Part shown: in pieces, positions 11,054 to 20,975 of the stretch | How the letters are laid out: each line of letters begins with the position of its first letter | Position numbering within the stretch: position 1 is the stretch's first letter | Source: Histomonas meleagridis 2922-C6/04-290x | Taxonomy: Eukaryota > Protista > Parabasalia | Direction of reading: 5' to 3' | DNA length: 64,000 nt | Assembly (NCBI GenBank): GCA_020184695.1 | Contig: JAANOX010000146.1 | Span: forward strand, 216,548 to 280,547 | Made by a program: the position numbers and the translations under genes | The notes under the pieces: model-generated | Seen by the model: the letters and a program-made list of their open reading frames with translations, nothing else | Told to the model about the DNA's origin: nothing | Database searches by the model: none

Positions 11054-12520
11054 TCATTCTCCATCTTCAGAAATTACCAGGTTTTCGTTAGTCTTAATGC
11101 AGTCCCTTAGTTCATTTATCAAGTTTTCAGTGATTTCATCGTCTGTTGGAACATTTTGTAAACATTGAATTAATTCATCGTCAAAAAAAGGTATATCGAA
11201 ATGTGCAATATTCAATAATCCTTTCAGTAAAAGCGGGGTACTTTCAATTGAAAACATCAATTCCTTGATATAATTAATCAAGCCAATTTGTATTAGAGCA
11301 TTAATTTGTAGTGCATCGCAATTGATTAATGTTATAGAAAACAACTCTAGAATTGCTTCTTTTAGATCAAAGTCCAGATTGTCAAACAAAGCGCCTATGT
11401 GCTCAAAGATTTGAGCTGCAATTAAAGAGTTAACGTAAAAACCGCCACGGTTTACAACGCTCTGAAAAAGTTTCACCACTGAAATTTGAATGCTTTTTTC
11501 GGTTTTTAACATGCCATGGAAGACGTTAAAATCGATCATTTGATGGAAACGAGAAATGTTTTCTTCGTTATAACTTATATAACAGAGTTTTAAAATCTCA
11601 ACAATATAAAATACAGTGGGGATATCTTGCGAATTTATGAAGTTTAAAATCAAATCTTCAATAAATTTTGAAGATAAAAATTGATTTACGACTAACAACA
11701 AATAGAACAAACCACATATGCTATGTGCATAGCAGGGTTCGATGTTGTTTTGGAAAATAAAACAGAATATTCGATAAAGTAAATCAATTGATCGTTCATT
11801 AAGAATATCTGCTTTCCTCGCAATGTTCGAAAGTAACCACGAAGAACTTTGGAGAACTTGGCTTTCTGTGGACTTTGAGATTTCATTGAATAGCATATCT
11901 AATAATTGAAATATATATTTGAAATGATTCAAAAAAATGTCTGTAGAGTAAAGATTAATTAAAAGACGTAATGCTCCTATTTTGGTATCAACACTATAAT
12001 TGACAAAATTATTTAAAATAATTTGAACAGTGTCATATTTCGTAATTAAATCAACAATAACATCTTTTGATGCATCTGAAAGTATAACAAGTAACGTAAA
12101 CGCACGAGCTAATAAAGTTTGATTTCCTTCAACTGCATCATGAAGAGGTGTTTCAGCAGCATTTAAATCTACAATAATAAGAAGTGTATCTAGTATTTCA
12201 GATTTTTTAAGTTTGTTGCAATATTCATTCATTTCAACATTTTGTGAAATTGCTGTAATACAGAAATTGATTAAATTTTCGATTTGTAACAAAATATTTC
12301 CGAAATTTAAATTAATCCAAGAAGTAAAAAGTCTTTGGCATGTGTCATGAAAAATTTCAATGCTCTCTATAGTTGGTAATTTATCAACATCTTCATATAT
12401 TTGGGGAACAAAAGAGGAAATACGCATTCTTCCATGCATTGAGTTGAATGCTGATACTTCAGCAAAAGAAAACTTCTTACCCAGCGCATAACTCACCAGC
12501 ATTTTTAGTGAACTTAACAA
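11054..12520 (-). CDS. Armadillo/HEAT-repeat (importin-alpha-like) protein
   Basis: 488-aa ORF with ARM-like helices such as SSWLLSNIA and ALRLLINL. The exact start codon is uncertain. Confidence 0.65.
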   Translation of the reverse strand: MLSSLKMLVSYALGKKFSFAEVSAFNSMHGRMRISSFVPQIYEDVDKLPTIESIEIFHDTCQRLFTSWINLNFGNILLQIENLINFCITAISQNVEMNEYCNKLKKSEILDTLLIIVDLNAAETPLHDAVEGNQTLLARAFTLLVILSDASKDVIVDLITKYDTVQIILNNFVNYSVDTKIGALRLLINLYSTDIFLNHFKYIFQLLDMLFNEISKSTESQVLQSSSWLLSNIARKADILNERSIDLLYRIFCFIFQNNIEPCYAHSICGLFYLLLVVNQFLSSKFIEDLILNFINSQDIPTVFYIVEILKLCYISYNEENISRFHQMIDFNVFHGMLKTEKSIQISVVKLFQSVVNRGGFYVNSLIAAQIFEHIGALFDNLDFDLKEAILELFSITLINCDALQINALIQIGLINYIKELMFSIESTPLLLKGLLNIAHFDIPFFDDELIQCLQNVPTDDEITENLINELRDCIKTNENLVISEDGE

Positions 12521-12707
12521 GCATATAGGTCTTTATCAAAAAGTTTAAAATAAACGTTCCAAATATTGACGCTTTCACTGTAAACTGATGAATATCCACT
12601 TTTTTAATGCTTTTGTGGTGTCAATATACATTTGAATAGTTTTATCAAGAATTAATTTTTTGATTGAATTTTTGTGATACAAAATTAACGGTCGATATCT
12701 TCTATTT

Positions 12708-13034
12708 ATGTCCGAAATATTTAATCAAGGGTCCATGTCTTCTATGGTAAAACAGCTAGTTGGAAATGAAGAAACTCTTTCACAAGAAGCTGAAAATATT
12801 CTTATACAAATTGGAATGGAATTATTTGAATTAATTGCTCAAAATTCCATAACTGAAGCAAAGGCGAGGCAACCTGATCAGGAACATGTAACAGTTGAAC
12901 AGTGCGATGCTTCTCTCGTGTGTGATGCTCTTTTAAAAAATAATCACCAACAAATTAACAAATCACAAAATCCAGAGCACCTTGAAAGGATGGAGCTTCT
13001 AAGGATGTTCCGCGAATCAAAGGAAAATCAATAA
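12708..13034 (+). CDS. TAF12: Histone-fold protein, TAF12-like
   Basis: MVKQLVGNEETLSQEAENILIQIGMELFELIAQNSITEAKAR...EHLERMELLR matches the TAF12 pattern (LVREVDP..QLD.DVEE.LL.IAD.F...HK.RMALIRK), recalled from family knowledge. Confidence 0.6.
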   Translation: MSEIFNQGSMSSMVKQLVGNEETLSQEAENILIQIGMELFELIAQNSITEAKARQPDQEHVTVEQCDASLVCDALLKNNHQQINKSQNPEHLERMELLRMFRESKENQ

Positions 13035-13209
13035 ATATATGTTTAATGTTAAAAAAAATATTATTTTATTTAATGATTAAAATCGTGTTTGAAATTATTA
13101 TAGCTCATACAAAGCATCGCCCTTGAATTATAATAACGAAATTTGTCACTATAGCGCGATTTTATAAAAAAAAAATGATATTAATAAATTAGAAACTTTT
13201 ATCTAACAT

Positions 13210-13490
13210 AAATTTATGTGTGTATATTAAATATATGTATATAACATATCTGTGCATAACATATTTATGTATTACATTTTCATTGTGTATAGCATATATT
13301 AAATATTATATATTCATTATAAGATATAACATCATATTTAACATATTCATTGTATATAATCTTATATACAATAATGTAATTTATGATGATATTATATTTG
13401 AATATATGAAATACATGATTGTGTTATAACACATAAATATGCTCTGCATGATGTTATACATAAGTATGTTACATATGATTATGTCAACAT
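13210..13490. repeat. TA/TG-rich low-complexity minisatellite-like tract
   Basis: Recurring atatgt/ataacat/tacat motifs. Confidence 0.5.
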
Positions 13491-13672
13491 AAGATTTAAA
13501 GAATATTTCAAGTTTTTCTTTGCCCAAAAAAATCAACAAATTTCATAAAGTATGTGCTTCATAAGGTTTATTGCAAAATTTCTAATCTTTGAATAAAAAT
13601 TCATAGAAAGTAGGCTAAACTTGTTTTTGGAATTTGGCAGAAGCTGTTAAAATTATTGAAATTAATTTTGAA

Positions 13673-15022
13673 TTAAGCATTAATTCCTTCTTGTTCAAGA
13701 AGTAATTTAACTATTTCTATATAACCACATCCAGATGCAAACATAAGTGCTGTATCATATAGTTTAAATAATTTCCAAATATTATTTTAAAATAAAAAAA
13801 ATATTAAAATAAATCTCAAATTAAGCAAATAAATACCTTTCCCATTAATATCAATTCCTCTTTGTTTTAAAATATATTCAACAAGTTCAATATTTCCTAT
13901 TTCTACAGAGTATATTAAAATATTTTTTGGAATTGGATTTTCTTTCAGAAAATGTTTTATGAGATAAAGATTTCCAATTCTTGCACTGTCATTAATAATA
14001 TTTTCATTAATTTTCAATCCATTTTGTTGTAAAAACTTTAAAATTTCAATGTTCCAAAACATAATACATTCTATTCCTAATTCTTCTAAATCTTTAATTT
14101 CAATAACATTGTTTTCATAAAGATAATAAAAGATATCATTTCGATGAAACATAATTGCTGCTTCATATGCATTGTCAAATGAAGAATGATTTTGTTCACA
14201 TAAATGAATAATTTCTTCATTTCCACTTGCAACTGCATATTTACCTGTTTTATTTACATTTGCACCATTCATAAGTAAATATTTAAAACATTTAACTGAC
14301 CCAAAAAATGCTGCATAATCTATTAATGAAACACCATAATAATTGACAAAACCACATCTTTCATAAACTGATGGTAGAATATATCGATTATAATTAAATT
14401 TTGAATGTGATGTTATTTCTTGAAGTTTTTCTATTTCATCATTTCGAATTACTTTTGCAATTTCATTTGGATTATGGCCATCTTCAATTAATTTCTTATG
14501 AAGCGCCCAATCATTCTTTGAGAGTTCTTCAATGTTTGACATATGTCTAGAAGAACGATAATTCATTGTTTGAATTTCTTCTTTAGTCATATAGTGAATA
14601 AAATATAGACTTTTCTTAGCTTTTAATATTTTTGGATCAATAATGTTATATTCACATAATTTCAAAAGTGGATAATTTGGTTCTTTCTCAATAAGTGTTG
14701 AAAAAAAAAGAAAATTAGTAAAAACATCAAAAATTTTAGATTTGACTTTATAAGTTTCTTGAAATTTTTGAATTTCATTCATGAAATTTAAATATATAGT
14801 AAAATCATTGTCTGTAGTAATAATACAGATAAAGACAAAATGACTTATAACAACATTAAATGAACATGGGTAATCATAATCAAATATGGAAATAATTGTT
14901 TGAGATGATTGAGAAATATTTTTTTTATTTAAACCAAATATGATTTGCTGAATTGATTCAATGATTTCCATTTCGCTTGCTTTTGAGTTTTGATGTTTTT
15001 TATTTGGACTGTTTGCCAACAT
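13673..15022 (-). CDS. DUF3447/ankyrin protein (locus A) with one 81-nt intervening spacer (13754-13834) and a terminal ankyrin cassette
   Basis: The head ORF ends GIDINGKG. After the spacer the frame reads TALMFASGCGYIEIVKLLLEQEGINA-stop. ATG at 15022. Confidence 0.85.
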
Positions 15023-15661
15023 GAACAAATGAAATCAATTGATTTTGATCAACCTTTTTTGTATTATTTATCAAAAGTGACGAATTTTTTCATTATTTTA
15101 CCTCACATAATTGGACACTCAAATTTGGTATTCATTATAACATTATTCATTTGAAGTGGTATCCATATTTGCCACAATAATTATCTGGTTAATGTCCTAA
15201 AAATTTTAATTTAAAATTCTTATGATCATACAATGATTGCTCAATTTCTTTAAAAAGGCTTTATCTATATTTTTTTATTTTTTCTGAAGGGGTTTTGAAA
15301 GATTTCTTTAGCTTAAAACTTAAATATTATAAATGTTATTGCAATATCAAATAATTATAATTAATTAGTTGAAAACTTAATTTGTGATTATGAATCATAT
15401 ATGAAACATTTATCCAACCAAATAATGTTATAATGAACGGTGCTAAAGAACCAATTCCAATAATAAGAATTAATAACAATTACATCGAATTTGAACATTC
15501 TAATGGATGAATTTAAGAAAATTCATTTATCAGAAGGAATGTACAATATTTGAAACTAATCGTGATAAAAATAATGAAAAAGAACAACTGAAATTACCTA
15601 ATAACACAAATATTATAATTAAATTCTAAATAAAAATGGACGTGAATGTAAAATATAAAAA

Positions 15662-15787
15662 AAAAGTGGATTAGGAATAGCTTCAATCATTGGAATTTCC
15701 ATTTCTGTAGCTGTTGCTTTAATTGGTGGAATTCGATGTTATTTCAAAGCAAAAAAGAAAAAGATTAACAGAACACTACAACTGTGA
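15662..15787 (+). pseudogene. C-terminal transmembrane remnant of a surface protein
   Basis: KSGLGIASIIGISISVAVALIGGIRCYFKAKKKK (TM helix plus basic stop-transfer segment). The upstream sequence is full of stops. Confidence 0.5.
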
Positions 15788-15888
15788 TTAATCACCTCAT
15801 TTGGTATTTTGCTCTAACGTTCGCCGATTCAAGACACCGCCGATTTCATGTGTCGAATCGAAGCCAAAAAAAATGAATGAAAAAACAC

Positions 15889-16262
<374 letters not shown>

Positions 16263-16475
16263 ATCTATTTTCGATCGAATAAAATTTTGCTTTAATGAAA
16301 TTTGCATGCATATTGGTGAATTTTTTTGACTGATGAAAATAGGTATTTGCTACCCACCAATTTTATAATATGCTATGGCATCTTAGATGGAAATATTGCA
16401 TAAAAACTCTTTAAAATAACACATTCACCAAAACTTGCAAGTTCGGGCACCCGAAAAAAAAAAAAAACATAAAAA

Positions 16476-16552
16476 ATATCACCTGTAAGAATCGAACTTC
16501 CAACTAAGATAAAATTGGCCACCGGCCTAACTAACCGTTGTTTCACTGTGAA
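16476..16552 (-). other. tRNA-like relic (A/B-box-like sequence), no valid cloverleaf
   Basis: Minus strand reads CGGTTAGTTAGGCCGGT...GGAAGTTCGATTCTTAC with a T-arm-like hairpin. Acceptor and anticodon stems do not pair. Confidence 0.25.
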
Positions 16553-16693
16553 TTTTAGTTATTCCAAATTAGCAGAAATTTAATTAAAAGAAATTACTTA
16601 TGCAATAATTTGGAACCAAATTCGAATTCTATTAAACATGTTAATTAAAAAATAAAACATTTATAAATCTATATTTATTAAACACAGCATATA

Positions 16694-17473
16694 TTATATT
16701 CCGATAAAGTCATCATACTCTTCTTCCTCTTCAACAAAGAGCAATGATTTTGTTTTTGCGTAAAGAGATTCATTTTCATTTCGAATCCATTCATCTCCGA
16801 GAACGGACTCAAAGAATGGATGTTCGATTATCTCAAAAGCACTTATGCGCTTTTGTGGATCTGCTTCAAGTGTTCTTTGGATCAAATCCTTCAAATCTGG
16901 ATATTGTTCAAACATTTTTTCAACATTGTCATGAATCAAAAATAAAAATGTGAGACCATAACTTAAGATATCTGAGGAATATAAAATTGGATCACTATCA
17001 ACCAGTTTAATAGAATTTTCGAAGTCAAAAATTTGTGGTTTTGGTTCTTCACTTTCTATTCCATCTACGATCATATTTGCCAGTTTGGTGTTTCTTAGAA
17101 GAATATTATTGTTATGTAATGTTGAAAGAGCAATAGCAATTCTATACATAACAATTGAAATGAAGCGAATTGAAAGATTAGATAAATTCTGTACACCGAA
17201 TGATGCTTTACCACATTCGTAAGGCATAACAAGAACTCTGTAAATTTCATAATAAAATTGCTCCAAAATAGGTGTCATGTATGGATGTTGAAATTCCGAT
17301 TACAGTTGAGATGTGAAATCAACTTCAGCCATGTTTCCTTGAGTAATGGAAATAAATTTGAGTAAATATTTTTTTTGATACTTGGTTGCAACATACATGC
17401 AAGAGCTATTCGTGCTATAACAGAGGCGGTCAAGCTCGTACCCGTTTATATGTGATCCAAGTTGACCGAACAT
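16694..17473 (-). pseudogene. Degenerate protein kinase-fold gene with in-frame TAA at 17300
   Basis: ATG at 17473 (MFGQLGSHINGYELDR...) is in frame with ORF 16694-17278. HRD and DFG are replaced by LLRNTK and DFE. The C-lobe DPQKRISAFEIIEHPFF is present. Confidence 0.7.
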
Positions 17474-17726
17474 TCAAAGAATGAATCGAGATGTGGCATC
17501 TCCACTATAACCGCTGGTATAGATTAATTTTGAGTTAAAAATGATCCGATTTTCGGTTAAAATGGTAACTCTTATAATCATTTTGACTCAAGTTTGCATT
17601 AGTAATATGATGAACAATATCAAACCTTCGGAATAAAAACATACATATGCAGGTATCATTCAAAAAAGATCACTTTAAAATAAATTATAAAATTAAGAAA
17701 TTTTATTCTTTGTATGAAATGTTTAA

Positions 17727-20530
17727 TTATTTTTTCTTCGTTTTAAGCAATTTCACAATGTCTTTATGTCCTTCTTCAGATGCAATTGAACATGCTGTAT
17801 CAAATATATGTTATAAATTCCAAAAATTATTTTTTGATTCCAAATTTTGGAAATATACATTAATTTTATTAGAGAAATATTTTTAACATTTAAATTAATA
17901 CCTTTTTGTTTAATAAGTAATTTGACTATTTCAGTTGAACCTTTTCTTGCTGCATACATTAAAGCTGTTTCAAACAATTTCATAAAACTTCAAATTAATT
18001 TGTAAAACATCAAATTTTTTAATATGAATTTCAAAGACAACAAACAAAATTTATCCTTAACATTCAAATTAATTCCTTTATACTTAAGAAGTAACTTAAC
18101 GATTTCAATTTTATCATTTTCGACTGCGTGCATAAGAGCAGTTTTAAATCGGAATAATAAATACCAAATTTTCACAAGAAATTAAAAACTATTAAAACAA
18201 ATAGCAAATCAAACAAACTAATATCTCTATAATTTATTTGTATTCCTTCTTGTTGAAGAAGTAATTTAATTATTTCAAGATTTTGGTTTTCACTTTCGAT
18301 TGCAAGTATAAGTGCATTTTGAAATTATATTCATAAATTCTAAATAATATTTTGCATCAGTAAAACATTTCATATAACATCAAATAAAAACTTATATACA
18401 TCACTCTTAACATTAAGATCAATTCCTTCATGTTCAAGAAGTAACTTAACTACTTCTGTATTACCTACTGAAGATGCATGCATAAGTGGTGTCCAAAATA
18501 TTTTAAATAATTTCCAAATGTAATTTTGAAATATTAAATTATTAAAATAAATCCAAAATAAAACAAATAAATGTCTTTTACATTAACATTAATTCCTTCT
18601 TGTTCAAGAAGTATTTTCGTTGTTTCTGGTTGATTATATTTCGCTGCTAAATTTAATGCATTTTGAAATTATTTAAATAAATTTCATTAAATATTATAAA
18701 ATTTCATTAAATAACATAAACAAATTTCAAATAACATAAATAAAAATTAATATTTTCACAAATATCTTCATGTTTTAATAAAGTTTGTAAAACATCAGCC
18801 CAACCTTTTTCAGCTGCTTCAAAGAATAATGTTCTAAACAGATTAAATGAATTCCATAAATTATAAATCAAATACTAAATTTTAATGATTAACTTTAAAT
18901 AAAACAAAAAAATATTTTTTGCATTATAATCAATATCTTTTTGTTCAAGTAATAATTTAACAACATCAATTTTGTTATAAATTGCTGCTAATAAAAGTGC
19001 TGTATTAAATAATTTAAATTAATTTTATAATATATTTAAAAAGAACAAAACCATTAAATAAATATCATCTTTAGCATTAATATCAGTTTTCTCATTTTGA
19101 AGTAATAATTTAACAACATCAATTCTACCATTATGAGATGCTTCCAGAAGAGCAGTTTGAAATTCAGAAAATAAATTCCAAATAAAAACTAGAAATATAA
19201 AATATTTATAATAAAATCCATAGAAAACATTGAAATATCTTTTGCATTAACATCAGTTTCTGGATTATCGAGAATCATTTTAGCAATTTTCTCATTCATT
19301 GCACGCATTAAAGGAGTTTTAAATCAAGAAAACAAACGCCAAATAATTATGAACAACATCTATAGATTTAGCGTTAATATCAATTCCATCTTTCTTAATA
19401 ATGAATTCGACAAGTTCATAATTACTTGTACGTGTTGCATAAGCTAAAATATTTTTAGGTATTTGATGTTTTTCAAGAAAATATTTCACAAGAAACAAAT
19501 TTCCTGTTTTTGCTGCTTTATTTATTATATCATCATTAATTTCCAAATTTTTCTCTATTAAATATGATAATATTTCATAGTTATTACATACAATACATTT
19601 CTTTCCTAACACATTTAAATTAGCACTTTCTTCTAATTTGTTTTCATAAATATATTTAAAGATATCGTTTTGATGGAATTCAATTGCTGTTACATATGCA
19701 CCTTCAAATGATGAATTATTTTGTTCGCATAAATGAATTATCTCTATGTTTCCACCTGCAACAGCATATTCACCTGTTTTATGTATATCAGCGCCATTCA
19801 TATGTAAATATTTAAAACATTTAACAGCAGAAAAAAATGCTGCATAATCAACAATTGATACAGAATATCGATTAAGAAGAACACATGTTTCATAATGACT
19901 CCTTTCAATTGTTTGATTATATGAAAAGCCAACTTGTGTTGATAATTCTTGTAATTGTTCAACATTATCATTTCGTATAATTTCGGCTATTTTAGTCGGA
20001 TTAACTCCTTCTTGAAAGAGTTTCTTATGTAATTCGATGGGATCTTGCCCTTCCCCATAACTTCGAGCTAAATTAAGTAGAAAACGTGGAACTTCTTGAG
20101 GATCAAGATTTGGTTTATGATGAATAAAAAACATTGAATAATTACTTATTAAATCATCTGCTTTATAATAACCATCTTCAATTAACATTTCTTCAAGGTA
20201 AATAGTTTCATGTCGTGGATATGATTTCCTCGTATTGATGTAATCAAGAAATATTTCAATGGGATTTTGGTCAAATAATTTTTCGCTTTCTTCTTTTTCG
20301 TGAAATTTCTTTAAAAATCGTAAATTTGTATGAATATTTCCCTTTCGGGCTCTGAAAGATGATAATATCATATGACATAATTCTAAATTAATTGAATATG
20401 AATAATTGGCATCAAATAGATTGACAAGTTCATCAATGGATGCTTCAATATTTGAATCATTTAACTCAAAAACAATATGATTTATAGATTGAAGATAAGA
20501 AAGATGATTTTTTGAGTTTTCTTGAGACAT
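17727..20530 (-). CDS. DUF3447/ankyrin gene (locus B): head ORF followed by 10 single-ankyrin cassettes separated by 10 non-coding spacers
   Basis: The head has VDYAAFFSAVKCFKYL. Ten open cassettes follow, e.g. TALLEASHNGRIDVVKLLLQNEKTDINAKD and TPLMHASSVGNTEVVKLLLEHEGIDLNVK, ending TACSIASEEGHKDIVKLLKTKKK-stop. Probable ATG at 20530. Confidence 0.85.
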
Positions 20531-20975
20531 TTTCTGGTGATTTAATTTGAAATTTGCATCAAACGAAAAGTTATTGGATTTGTGTAGGATATCGGCAATA
20601 ACCGAAATCGACCACCCACAAAACAGGATGATCAAAATATATTCAAATTCCACACTACTTTTGCGCAAAAGTCTTTTTAAATGTCATAAAACGTTTATTG
20701 GAAGTTAAGAAAAATAATTTACTTTTTTTTTTCACGATCACATCGAAACCATAATTAAAAACAATGGAAAGTTTATGCGATATTCGTTTTGTGTAAAGAA
20801 ATGATAGAGTTGAATGAATGGAAAATGATGGACCACTGAATCTGAAGGAATAAATAAAGTTATTTCATTTATGTACCAATAAAAGAAACATTTCGAAACG
20901 AATTTAAATTTTCAGCAAAACGAAAATTAAAGAAATAATTACCAATTCACAAAATAATTTATTAATATTTATCAC

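Noticed and set aside
13220-13429. 69-aa Y/I-rich ORF
   Set aside because: Chance ORF in a low-complexity TA-rich tract.
17727-19370. Ankyrin spacers as U12-type AT-AC or ordinary GT-AG introns
   Set aside because: AT...AC joins remove 82 or 84 nt from an 86-nt D-to-T interval and leave the frame broken. There is no ATATCCTT or TCCTTAAC signal. An AG (from ACA-GC) exists in only some cassettes, and some spacers have no AG.
17727-19370. Repeat-spacer periodicity as a CRISPR array
   Set aside because: The units are divergent protein-coding ankyrin cassettes, not identical 23-50 nt repeats. The context is eukaryotic and there are no cas genes.
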